From an uncultured delta proteobacterium (lineage in GTDB: Bacteria > Myxococcota_A > Polyangia > Polyangiales > Polyangiaceae): 64,000 bases of DNA. Below the pieces are notes generated by a model. It ran no database searches, was not told where the DNA came from, and saw only the letters and a program-made list of their open reading frames with translations. This document shows, piece by piece, positions 1-10,108 of the stretch (its first letter is position 1; every line of letters begins with the position of its first letter). Location of the stretch: the NCBI GenBank assembly GCA_963841435.1, contig CAWJCS010000003.1, forward strand, positions 160,001 to 224,000, read 5' to 3'. Position numbers and translations under genes: made by a program.

Positions 1-1
1 A

Positions 2-895
2 TCGGCCGGCGTCGAACGCTCGTTCGGCCGCTTCTACGGCAACCCCTCCCAAAAGGTCGAGGTCAGTCAACCGTTCGCGTATCGGGGTGAGCTCGATCCA
101 GACCTCGCTATGGTCATCGCGTCGTACCCCGACCTGCTCGCCGCGCTCGATCTCCGGGACGACGCGCTCGAGCCCCACTCGGGGGCGTATTTTCGCGCCG
201 ACCTGCAGTTCGCCGGCGTGGGCGGCGATGCGCGCAACGTCCGAATCGAGCCCGAAGCGCGCTTTTACGTGCCCCTTTGGCGCCGACTGACCCTGGCGCT
301 GCGCGGGACGACGGGTCTGCTCTTTCCGTCGAACTACGGCGACACGCTGGTCCCGAACGCCTTCACGAAATCGTCGGGTGGCGTCAGTCGGGCCGCGTGG
401 GTGCGCGACATCCAGCTGATGTTCATGCGCGGATTCTTCTCGGGTGGGTCGGGCTCGAATCGTGGCTACGGGTATCGCGAGATCGGTCCGCACGGCACCG
501 TGCCGTTTTACAACCCGGGCCAGAGCAGCGAGGCGCTCGGAGCCGATTGCCTCAACGGTACGGGGAGCCAGGCAAGCTGCGATCTGCCGCTCGGAGGTCT
601 CACGCTGTGGGAAGCGAGCGTGGAGCTTCGCTACCCGATCCTGGGGCCGCTGCTCGGGGTGGTATTCGCCGACGCGAGCAACGTCTCGCCCTACAGGGTG
701 AGCTACCGCTTCAACCGACCGCACCTCAGTGTCGGGCTCGGTCTGCGTTACGAGACGCCGGTCGGCCCGATCCGCCTCGACGCGGGCTATCGGGTGCCGG
801 ACCTCCAGGCCCCCGACTCGCCCGACGAGGGCACACCGTCCGACGTTTTCGGGATGCCGGGGGCGATTTCACTCGGCATCGGGGAGTCGTTCTGA
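2..895 (+). CDS. Omp85 family (BamA/TamA-like) outer-membrane protein, C-terminal part; 5' end lies outside the window
   Basis: Frame open from position 2. Omp85 motifs FFSGGSGSNRGY, LWEASVELRYPI, GLGLRYETPVGPIRLDAG and terminal ISLGIGESF. TGA overlaps the next ATG (TGATG, 893-897). Confidence 0.9.
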   Translation, partial: SAGVERSFGRFYGNPSQKVEVSQPFAYRGELDPDLAMVIASYPDLLAALDLRDDALEPHSGAYFRADLQFAGVGGDARNVRIEPEARFYVPLWRRLTLALRGTTGLLFPSNYGDTLVPNAFTKSSGGVSRAAWVRDIQLMFMRGFFSGGSGSNRGYGYREIGPHGTVPFYNPGQSSEALGADCLNGTGSQASCDLPLGGLTLWEASVELRYPILGPLLGVVFADASNVSPYRVSYRFNRPHLSVGLGLRYETPVGPIRLDAGYRVPDLQAPDSPDEGTPSDVFGMPGAISLGIGESF

Positions 896-3800
896 TGCCC
901 GGCGAGCGCGCACGGCACGGGTTTCGCCGGCTCGGAAAGCTCGCGGCGATCGGTGCGGTCGCGCTGGTCGGAGGCGTCGTCCTTCTCGCTCTGATCGCGG
1001 TCGTCGCGCTCGACACGGCGCCCGTCCGGCGGATGGCCCGAGAGGTCGCCAATCGAGCGGTCCATGGAGCTTTCGCGGGCGACGTGCGCATCGAGCGGCT
1101 CGGTGCGCTCACGCTGGGCGGCGTCGGTGGTCTCGATGCCGTCGTTCGTGACCCCGACGGCCAGCGGGTGCTCGAAGTGCGAGGCTGCGACGTCGAGCTC
1201 GGCGTGCCGACGCTGCTCGTCGAACTGTTGACGCGCTCGCTCGCCGACGTAACGATTCATCTCGATGCCGTTCGCTGCGATCACGTCGCGGCGCGGCTGC
1301 GCGACGACGCGAGCGGTGGGCCGACCATCGCGGCGGCGTTCGCGCCGCGCACGCCCACCACGACCGCGAGTGGCAAAGCGCCAGTCGTCGATGTGCCGAG
1401 CATCCAGGTAGGCCACTTCTGGCTCCACGGCGCGACCTCCGGGTCGCCCCCTCTCGACGCAGAGGGCCACGAGCTCGCGGGGAGCCTGCGGGTCGCCAAG
1501 GACACCGCCATCACGGTAAGTTCGGTCGGCTTTACCGTGCGGGCGCTTCCTGGTGGCGCCACGGCGCATGGCGACCTCGCTGGTTTCGTCGAGGTGCCCG
1601 CGTCCGCACCGCTCGTGATTGGCGCGGACGCCTGGGGGCACGCGGCTGGCGGCAGCTTCAGCGTGACCTTCGGCCTGCGTGGCGAAAGGCTGGCCGTCGC
1701 CGTCTGGTCACCCGATCTCGCGCCCGTGCTCCTCGCGCGCCTTGCAGGCGATCGCGGGGATGGGCGCGCTCCCGAACCCGATGAGCGGCGCCTGCCCGTC
1801 TATGCGCTGGTCTCCGGAACGGGCTCGGCGCTCGATCTTTCGGCGTCGGCCGCGGGCGGCCCCGGAGCGCTGAGGGTCACGGGCACGTTCTCCGACGCCG
1901 GCGGGGGCAAGAGGCTCCGCGCCGACGCGGAAACGCGCGGCCTCGACTTCGCCCGCCTCGTCGCGGGCGCGCCGGCCACGTCGCTCGATTCGACGATCTC
2001 GCTGTCGGCGTCGCTGCGCGGCGAAGGGCTCTCGGGGGAAGCGACCGTCCGCGGTGACGGGTCGCGCGTCCTCGGCGAGCCGCTCGATCGACTCGCGATC
2101 GATCTCGACTTCGAGCAGCCCGCAAGCGGCCCGTTGGAGCTCTCCGGGCGTGTGGAGATCGGTACGCCGGGGGCCGACCTCGTCGCGCGTCCACGGCTCG
2201 TCGCCGGCCGGACCACGCGGATCACGAGCACGGTGCGCCTCAACGTCTCCCGCGCGCCGCGGCCGCTGCGAGAGCTCGGCGTTCGCGCGCGCGGGCGGCT
2301 CGAAGGTGAAGCAAGCTACGAGGTGGAGCCCGCCGCCCTCCGCGCCCACGGACGTGCCGACGCGAGCGAGGTCGGCGTGGGGAAGGCCCTCGAGGCGAAA
2401 GGCGTGGTCGTGACGTTCACCATTACGGGCAGTCCGCGGGACCCCGAACTGGACGCCGACCTGCGCGCGCGACACGCGCGCGCGGCCGGACGTACGCTCG
2501 ACGGCGTCGAAGCGACCGCTCACGGCAATCTCCGAGCGCTCAACGTCGGCGTCGCCGCCCGCGATACGCGTGCTGGCTACCTGACCGCGCGCGCGCGCCT
2601 CGCCCTCGGCGATAACGCGAGGGTGGTCTCAGCGGAGCTCGTGAACGCGGGGGCACGCGCGCCGCTTGCTCTGCGGGTGGGCGGCGTCGAGTCGGAGGAC
2701 GGTACGCTCGTGGTTCGCGACTTCTCGTTCAGTGGCGCAGGCGAGGCGCAGGGCTCGCTCACCTACCGCGACGGGCTCCAGAGCCTCGTGCTCGATGCGC
2801 GCGGTCTCGACCTTTCCGTCGTCGAGCGCGAGCTCGGCGTCCGGCTCCCGCTCCGTCACCTGCGAGCGACCCTGGCCGCGCGCTACTCGCGCTCGCAGGG
2901 CACCGGCTTCGTGCGCGGCAAGTTGCGAGCTGAGCGCGAGATCGACGCTCGCAAGAAGGGCGAACGAGTTCGCGTCCCGTTCACGCTCGACATCGACTTC
3001 CGCCTTCGTCGTGGTCTCGCCGCTGGCGACGCCACGACCCGCTTCGGCGCATCGGCCGCCAGGCTTCAGATCGAGTCGCTCCGGGTGGACCGCCTGCTCG
3101 GTCCGCGGCCGTTTTCGGTGCTCACGACGAAACCGAAACTGGCCCTCACGGCGCACCTCGATCTCGACGAGCTCTCGCGCACCGGCCTAACCTCGCGAGC
3201 CGGCATCGAGCACGCCGCGGGAACGGCCGACCTGTCGGTGTTCGTGCTGAGCGGGCCGGAGCAGGCGGAGCCCTCGGTGATCGTCGAGCTCGAGACCCAC
3301 GAGCTCGAGCTCGTCGGGCAGCGCGAGCCAACGCCCGCGGTTGACCGTCGCGACCAGGCGAGGGAGAGCGCTCCTCTCTCCTTGCGCGGGATCGACGTTG
3401 CGGCGACGCTCGGCTGGTCCCCGGCGAGTCACGCCGTCGGTGCCCGGGCGCGCTTCCACGACGAAGCAGGTACGCTGGGTGAAGTCGAGCTGTCGTTCGA
3501 GCTTCGTGACCCGCGTTCGCTCCTGCACCCCGAAACGCTCTATGATGCGCCCACCGAGCTCCGCGTGAGGGTGCCCGAGCGCCGCGTGGAGAAGTGGCCC
3601 GCCGTGCTGCGCCCCGCCACCGTCGAAGGCGGCTTCTCGGCGCGGATCGACGCGAGTGGGACCCCGCGGCGGCCGACATTCGCCGTCCAGATGGCGATTC
3701 GTGACGCGCGCGCGGTCGCCAAGAAGCAACGCGATCCGGTCTCGCTCGAGGCGTCGCTCGACCTCGACTGGCAGCACGCAACACTCGAGCTTACCGGCCA

Positions 3801-5560
3801 CGCGAAGGGCCGGCGAGTCTTGCACGCAAAGAGCGAGCTTCGTGGCGACGTGCGCGCCTTGCCGTCCGCGCTTGCCCGGGGGGGACCGTCGCCGCTGACG
3901 GGAGACACGACCATTGACCTCGACGAGCTCCCGCTTGCGAGCGTGCCCGCGCTCGGCCGGCGAGACATCGACGGCTCCATCTCGGGGAGCGTCGAGCTCA
4001 CTGGGCTCGGCAAGGACGCGAGCATGAGCGCTCGACTAGCGTCGCCGGATCTCAGCGTCGGTCGCGCGCGGGTCGGTCGCACCACGCTGACGCTCGAATC
4101 CGGCGCGGGCAGTGTGCTCGCGGACTTGAAGACGGCGGGACGGAGCGGATCGGCGAGCCTGCACGCCGAGACCGGGCTCCAGTGGGGCGACCGTCTCGTC
4201 CCCGAGGTCGAGGGTCAAAAGCGCCTGACGGCCGAGCTCGACAATCTCGACCTTGCCGCACTCTTCCCGCTCGTCGAGGGGCCGGTGACGGAGCTCGGGG
4301 GAAAGGTCGACGGCTCGGTCGAAATGACGCTCGGCGGCTCCGGTCGCAACGTGGACGGCTACCTCCTGTGGCGCGACGGCGTGCTCGAGGTTCCCGCGGT
4401 AGGCCAGCGCCTCCACGATCTCGAAGCGCGCGTGACGATCAGAGGACCGCGCATCGTTCTCGAGAAGCTCAGCGCCGCGGGCGTCGTCGGTCGCCTCGAG
4501 GCCTCGGGGTCGGCGACGCTCGGTCCCGACGGCAGCGTGCAGGCGCGAGCGCGCGTCGAGGTGCCCGAGCGCCAGAAGATCCCCGTGACGGTGGAAGGCG
4601 TCTCGTTCGGTGACGTGTGGGGCCAGGTCGAGCTTGCGCTCGATCGTTCGAGTCAAGGCAAGCTCGACGTGTCGGTCAAGGTGCCGAAGCTTCACGTCAT
4701 CCTGCCCGAGGTGGCGCCCACCGACGTGCAGGGTCTCGCGCCCGCGGAAGCGATCGTGGTGGGCGCGCATCGTGGCGACGGTGCCTTCGTCGATCTACCC
4801 CTCCAGCCCGTGAAGGACGCCGGCGGAAGCACGGAGCTCGCCCTTCGCGTCGAGCTCGGCAAGGACGTTCTGGATCCAGCAAGGTCAGGAGCTCGAGGCG
4901 CGCTTTGCGGGGGTCTTCAGCGCCAAGCTCGGTGAGGAGACGGATATCGAAGGCCGCATCGATCTGCGCGGGGGCACGCTCGATGTTTCCGGCAAGCGAT
5001 TCGTCATCGAGCGAGGCGTCGTCACGTTTCAGGGCAAGCCCGACCAGACTCAGGTCACCGCCACGGCGCGTTGGGATTCGCCCGCGGGGTACAGCGTGTA
5101 TGCCGAGTTCACGGGAACGGTCTCGGACGGCAAGATCCGCCTGAGCTCGACGCCGCCGCTCAGCCAGGACCAGATCTTGAGCTTGCTCCTCTTCGGCTCG
5201 CCCGAAGGGAGCGTCGGCAGCAGCACCTCTTCCGGCTCCGAAGCCGCCACGGCGGTCGCCGCCGCCGGCAGCACGGCGGCCAAGGGCATCAACCAAGCAA
5301 TCTCGGACATCACGAGCCTCGACCTGAAGGCCCGCGTCGACACGAGCACGGGCAGCGCTCGACCCGAAGTGGTGCTCAGGCTCTCGCCCCGCGTCGACGC
5401 GCGGATCACCCGCGCTCTCGGTCCCCCGGCGCCGGGCGAGGCACCCGATCGCACCTTCCTGACGATCGACCTCAGGATCGGCGCACGCTGGGCCCTCTCC
5501 ACCATCGTCGGCGACCACGGCGGGACGGCGTTCGAGCTCGTGTGGCGACTACGCTTTTGA
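895..5560 (+). CDS. tamB: TamB-like translocation/assembly module protein (DUF490-type C-terminus), frameshifted near 4869
   Basis: N-terminal TM anchor, long beta-rich body, coupled to the Omp85 gene. After VELGKDV the frame moves +1 into WIQQGQEL...GGTLDVSGKRFVIERGVVTF...LSSTPPLSQDQILSLLLFG...FELVWRLRF. Confidence 0.82.
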
Positions 5561-5938
5561 GTGTGCGCCGGTGCCCTGATGCTCGGCTGCTGCCTGCAGG
5601 TCCGCCGATGCGGTGGCGTGCCGTCGCCTGCCGTAGCGTGCGTCCGTCGTCCTGGCGCAGATCCTGGCCGAGCAAGTCACCGAGCCGGCGCACCGCGTTC
5701 GCCCGGCGTTCGGCCGCGCGGCGGCGCCACTCGAGCCCGTCCGAGGTGCGGGCATTCCGCAGCCGTCTTGGCTACTTCTCGGTCCGCCGCAGAATCGCTC
5801 GCGGGGCCCCGAGCGGGCTGCCCTTGGTGTGGTCCCTCGGTTCCGCCCGAGGCGAAGCGCCACGGGTGAGGCGAACGGGCTCCGATCGCGGCCTTCGTTG
5901 CGGGTGCACGTGGCGGTGCCCGTGCGCCGCGTGCTAGC

Positions 5939-5954
5939 TGGCACGTCGCTTGCT
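5939..5954 (+). promoter_or_regulatory. sigma54 (-24/-12) promoter upstream of the OmpA-family gene
   Basis: TGGCACG-TCGC-TTGCT matches TGGCACG-N4-TTGCW exactly; SD AAGGAGG then ATG at 5998. Confidence 0.75.
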
Positions 5955-5997
5955 CGAAGGAAGGGAGAGTTGGACCAAGCACCAAGGAGGCTCACCG

Positions 5998-6588
5998 ATG
6001 TCATCGTTCAACGCCTCGTCACTCCACGGCCACCGCGAGCACGCATCGCCGCCGGGACCGCGCTCCGTCCGTCGGCTTCTCTCGCTGCCCGTGGTTGCGC
6101 TCGCCGTCGCGTGCGCTTCGACCAACGTGAGCGCACCGCCGACCCGGCCGCCCGTCTTGCCGGCGCCGCCACCTGCACCAACCCGCCAGATCCACCTCGA
6201 GCTCGGCGCCGATCTCCTCCACTGCCAGACCCGTGACCCGCACTTCTTCTACGACGGCACCAAGGTCCGGCCGCAGGATCACGAGGCGCTCGAGGAGCTC
6301 GCTGCCTGCCTGAACGAGCCCGATTTCAAGAAGATCGACCTATTGTTGGTCGGTCGCACGGACCCGCGCGGCAGCGCGGCCTACAACCAGCAGCTCTCCA
6401 AGGAGCGGGCCGATCGCGTCAAGGATTTGCTCGTCGAAAACGGGGTCGATGCCAAGCGCATCACCACGAAGGCGGCCGGCGAGCGGGGCGCCATAGGCCA
6501 GACGCACCAGGCGTCCTACGGCTACGATCGTCGGGTCGACGTCGTCCAGCTCTCGGCAATCGTGCCCCGGCAACGTCCCCAGCCTTGA
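5998..6588 (+). CDS. OmpA-family peptidoglycan-binding lipoprotein (Pal-like)
   Basis: Lipobox AVAC; GRTDPRGSAAYNQQLSKERADRVK and DRRVDV motifs; strong SD. Confidence 0.88.
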   Translation: MSSFNASSLHGHREHASPPGPRSVRRLLSLPVVALAVACASTNVSAPPTRPPVLPAPPPAPTRQIHLELGADLLHCQTRDPHFFYDGTKVRPQDHEALEELAACLNEPDFKKIDLLLVGRTDPRGSAAYNQQLSKERADRVKDLLVENGVDAKRITTKAAGERGAIGQTHQASYGYDRRVDVVQLSAIVPRQRPQP

Positions 6589-6675
6589 CGCCGGGCGGCG
6601 CGCGCCGTCGTTCGGGAAGGTCGAAGCAGTGTCGCCGTCGGCCCAGCACGCTTCGAGCCGAGCCCGGCAATGACA

Positions 6676-6969
6676 TCAGGGTGCCTGAGCCCGAACCGGC
6701 GGAGGCAGTCGGACCCGGCGGTGGCATCCGCGTGGAGCTGGCTTGGGACCGGGTGGCTCCGCTGGAGCTGGCTTGGGACCGGGAGGTTCGGCGGGCGGTT
6801 GCTTGGGACCCGGGGGCCCTTCGGGGGGGCTCGGCGGTTCGGGTGGCTCCGGGGGGTGCAACGGCTCGGGCCTGCCTGGCGGATGCGGTCCTGGCTTCTT
6901 CGGATGGGGCGGTGCTTCGGGCGCGGCCGAGGCACGAGTGCGCCCTACACGATCGAGGAAGAGATCCAT
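6676..6969 (-). CDS. Small proline-rich hypothetical protein
   Basis: ATG-started 97-aa ORF with PGPK(P/Q)xPAEP repeats; no family recognised. Confidence 0.3.
   Translation of the reverse strand: MDLFLDRVGRTRASAAPEAPPHPKKPGPHPPGRPEPLHPPEPPEPPSPPEGPPGPKQPPAEPPGPKPAPAEPPGPKPAPRGCHRRVRLPPPVRAQAP
6733..6813. repeat. Imperfect 30-bp tandem repeat (about 3 units)
   Basis: GCTTGGGACC recurs at 6741, 6771 and 6801. Confidence 0.8.
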
Positions 6970-7176
6970 GATCGTTGGACCTGCAACCGATGTGCCGGTC
7001 GAGAAAGGGCCAGGGGAATAGGGCGAGCTCGTTGGTCAACGGGTCATCGTGGCGGCAAGGAAGAACGAACTGGGAAAACGGCTGGCGGGCTCCGGTGCCG
7101 GAAAGCTTTCGGGGCCGGGACGCCACCCAGAATGACGACGCGCTGTATCGCCCTTAGTCTCGGCCAGCCCGCCCCC

Positions 7177-8052
7177 ATGCTGACCTTCGTCGCCCTGTGC
7201 CTGCTCTGTCGCGTCGCGTACACCTTCAATGACGTGCTCGTCGGGGAGCTCGCGCGGGAGCACGACGGAACGGAAGTTGGCGCACTCCGAGGGCTGTCGC
7301 TCGGTTTGACCATGTCCCCACTGCTGCTCTTCGTCGCGCCGGGCGCCTGGGGGAGCCTCGTGGCACGTGCAGGCGAGCTTGCGTTGCTGTGCCTCGCCAC
7401 GGCGCTCGCGAACGTGCTTCACCTCTACGCGGCACGACATCTGCCGTTCGGCCTCCGTGCTGCGCTCCTGGTCGCTGGTGTCGCCCTGGGCGGGCTCGTG
7501 CTCGGCGCCGCGTTCCTCGGGGAGCGGCTCGGTGCCACCGAGCTCGTCTGGTGCGTGCTCATCGTGGCGAGCGCGGTGCTCGCGGCGCTCGGCGATCATT
7601 CGACCGAGGGGCTGACCACGAACCTGCGGAAGGGCGCATTCCTGACGCTCGCCGCCTCGGCCCTGCTCGGCCTTTCGGCGCTGCTCTTTGCTCGCCTGGC
7701 GCGTGCAACCGACCCCCTGCTCGTCGCCTGGGCGTGGGAGCTCGGCGCGGGGGCGGCGCTCACCGTTTCGCTGATTTGGCGGAGCCGCGGTCGTCTGCAG
7801 TCCGGTATCCTGAACCGCTTCGTGACGACCGGCGTTCGCTCGCTCCCGACCGTCGTCGGAACCGGAGCGAGTGCCCTCGCTCTCACGCGCGGACCGCTTG
7901 GTGTCTGGGCTGCGCTCGCGGGGACTCAAGCGCTCTTGAGCGCGGGACTCGGAGCGGTTTGGCACCGGGAGCGCCTCGGCGCCCGGCGGTGGTCGTACTT
8001 CGTGCTCGGCGCGCTCGGCATTGCCGGGCTCGCGCTCACCCGCACGCGCTGA
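7177..8052 (+). CDS. DMT/EamA-family transporter
   Basis: About 10 hydrophobic segments in two repeats, each ending in FLGERLG or WHRERLG. Start could be 7132. Confidence 0.8.
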   Translation: MLTFVALCLLCRVAYTFNDVLVGELAREHDGTEVGALRGLSLGLTMSPLLLFVAPGAWGSLVARAGELALLCLATALANVLHLYAARHLPFGLRAALLVAGVALGGLVLGAAFLGERLGATELVWCVLIVASAVLAALGDHSTEGLTTNLRKGAFLTLAASALLGLSALLFARLARATDPLLVAWAWELGAGAALTVSLIWRSRGRLQSGILNRFVTTGVRSLPTVVGTGASALALTRGPLGVWAALAGTQALLSAGLGAVWHRERLGARRWSYFVLGALGIAGLALTRTR

Positions 8053-8315
8053 GCCTTCAAGCGGTCTCGGTGTTCAACCCCGCCCGGGCTACCTGGCCCA
8101 GTCGCTCACCGTCGACGACGTATTTCCAGTTTGGCTGCGTCATGGAAGCCGTCGAGTAGGTCCAAAGTCGATGTCGAGCAGGTCAGTATCCGCACGAACG
8201 CTTCGGATTTATTCACTCACTGTTTTCCTCTTACCCGCGTGAAAGATCGCGCGTTGACCCGCCGGCTTGGATCGGCTTTCGATGCGCGCTTCCTGCGCCC
8301 GCATCGGAGGTACTC

Positions 8316-9395
8316 GTGATCAAGAAAGCTTCTTTCACCGCCTTGGTAGCTGTGTTCATCGGAGCAACGGTCCAGTCTGGTTGTTCGGACGACGAGACCT
8401 CGTCGGGCGGAGCCGGGGGGAAAGGCGCCGCCGGCACGGGTGGCGCCGCCGGCACGGGTGGCGCCGCCGGCAAAGGTGGTAGTGCCGGCAAGGGCGGCAG
8501 CGCTGGTAATGGTGGCACGGCCGGTGGTTCGGGCAGCGGTGCGTCTGGAGGGAAAGGCGGCAGTGCAGGCAACGGCGCCTCGGGCGGCACGAGCGGCGAA
8601 GCGGGCGGACTCGGCGAAGCGGGCAACGCCGGCCAGTCGGGCGAGGGCGGCGAGGGCGGCGCCGGGGGAGCACCGGCTTGCGTGGACCCTCCCGTGATGG
8701 AGCACAACCATTGCGCCGACATTCCGTCGCAGAAAATGGGCGACGCGAGCTTCACCATCAGCACGACGGCTTTCGCCAATTGCGGCGAAATCCCCGCCGA
8801 TACCATGACCTGCGACGGCAAGGCGTTCGGAACCGGCTCGTCGCCTGAGCTCCACATCAGCGGAGTTCCCACCGGCACCGGGAGCCTCGCGCTCGTCTTC
8901 AAGGACATCGCCATCTTGGCCGACGGTGATCCGACGAAGGACCGTTTCGGCTACCACTGGGTGATGTGGGACATCCCGCCGAGCACCACCGATCTGCCCG
9001 CGGGGATGACGGGCGGCTACCAGTCGACCGAGGTTTCGGGTGCTCTGCAGTGGTCCGGGCGCAACATGTACGCCTTCTTCCCGCCCTGTCCGAACCCATT
9101 CCCCCTCGAGGACGCGCGCTTCACGTGCAGCCTCGTGATCGACAGCTACTCGTTCACGCTCTACGCGCTGCCGATGGCTCAACTCGACGACTTGCCGGAG
9201 CCGGATCTCGATCCGATGACCGACATGCCCACGGGGAACTACGTCGTGAAGATGGGCCACTACCTCGAATCACTCTCGGCCGTCGCCATTACGGAGTACC
9301 GCGGCACGTCGCGAGCGTGGGCTTCGTCGTTCGCGCCTCCGGACCCGGCGCAATATCCCTGCACCGCCGGCCTCACGACCAACTGCCTCCAGTAG
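8316..9395 (+). CDS. Lipoprotein with Gly-rich linker and YbhB/YbcL (PEBP) domain
   Basis: Lipobox QSGC, about 95-aa Gly/Ala/Ser linker, then SPELHISGVPTGTGSLALVFKD...YHWVMWDIP...FFPPCP...YSFTLYAL. Confidence 0.8.
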   Translation: MIKKASFTALVAVFIGATVQSGCSDDETSSGGAGGKGAAGTGGAAGTGGAAGKGGSAGKGGSAGNGGTAGGSGSGASGGKGGSAGNGASGGTSGEAGGLGEAGNAGQSGEGGEGGAGGAPACVDPPVMEHNHCADIPSQKMGDASFTISTTAFANCGEIPADTMTCDGKAFGTGSSPELHISGVPTGTGSLALVFKDIAILADGDPTKDRFGYHWVMWDIPPSTTDLPAGMTGGYQSTEVSGALQWSGRNMYAFFPPCPNPFPLEDARFTCSLVIDSYSFTLYALPMAQLDDLPEPDLDPMTDMPTGNYVVKMGHYLESLSAVAITEYRGTSRAWASSFAPPDPAQYPCTAGLTTNCLQ

Positions 9396-9627
9396 GTTTC
9401 CACGAGCTCGAGGCGGGCGGACGCGGGGTCGCGACACCTCCTGCGGTGCTTCGACGAGCGACTCGCCGCCGGAGCCCGCCCGCTTGCCGCATCGGGGGCT
9501 CCCAGCCGCCGGGCCGGTGACTCGCACTGCTGCGAAGCGACGGCGCCCGCCCAAGGAAGAGGTTGCGGGCGCGAGCCGTAATGCAAGGCTGCCGGGCGTG
9601 GGTGTTCCGGTGAGGAAAGGGAGGCGT

Positions 9628-9775
9628 ATGAACTGCACGGCCCGATTCGTTTTCGTCCTGATCCCGTTCGTCGCCATCGGCGGTTGCAAGAAAAGCGCGG
9701 ACCCGGCGCCGGAAGGGACGGTGACCGCGTCCGCAGCCGAGGCTCCGGCAGAGGCAACCGCGGCGGCGACCGAGA
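9628..9775 (+). pseudogene. Truncated lipoprotein N-terminus
   Basis: SD AGGGAGG, ATG, signal peptide with IGGC, Ala-rich linker; coding character is lost abruptly after about 9775. Confidence 0.5.
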
Positions 9776-10108
9776 ATTTTTCATGGTGTTTTCTCCGGTC
9801 TCGGGTTCGCCTCGGAGTCTCGTCGCCCCAGCCCGGGTTTTCCATAGGGCGGATGCCCTACGGTGCGACGATTGGCGCGCCGAGCGAGGGGAGCCAGCCG
9901 ACGAACGAGAGCGCCCCTCGTCGCCGCTCGTCGCGCCCCGTCTCCGCAGTGCGTGAGCACCGCTCGACGCGCCCTCACCCCGACCCCCCGACCCTTCCTC
10001 TTTGCTCTGTCTTCGCCCCTACCCCGAAAACGTGCGCTCCCCCGCCAGCTCTTGCCCTGCCCCTGACCGAACCTCACTCGCCCGGTCGGTCCGAGGGCGC
10101 GGCTCTCG

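Noticed and set aside
277-894. N-terminal 206 aa of the 1552-aa ORF
   Set aside because: Off-frame overlap with the Omp85 gene; the real start is the ATG at 895 coupled to the upstream stop.
8055-8230. Possible minus-strand gene remnant (WTYSTASMTQPNWKYVVDGE)
   Set aside because: Too short, broken by stops, and no recognisable family.
8420-8680. Short direct repeats here and at 32337-32398, 34590-35000 and 38180-38580 as CRISPR or mobile repeats
   Set aside because: In-frame repeats coding Gly-rich linkers; no constant repeat with unique spacers and no cas genes.
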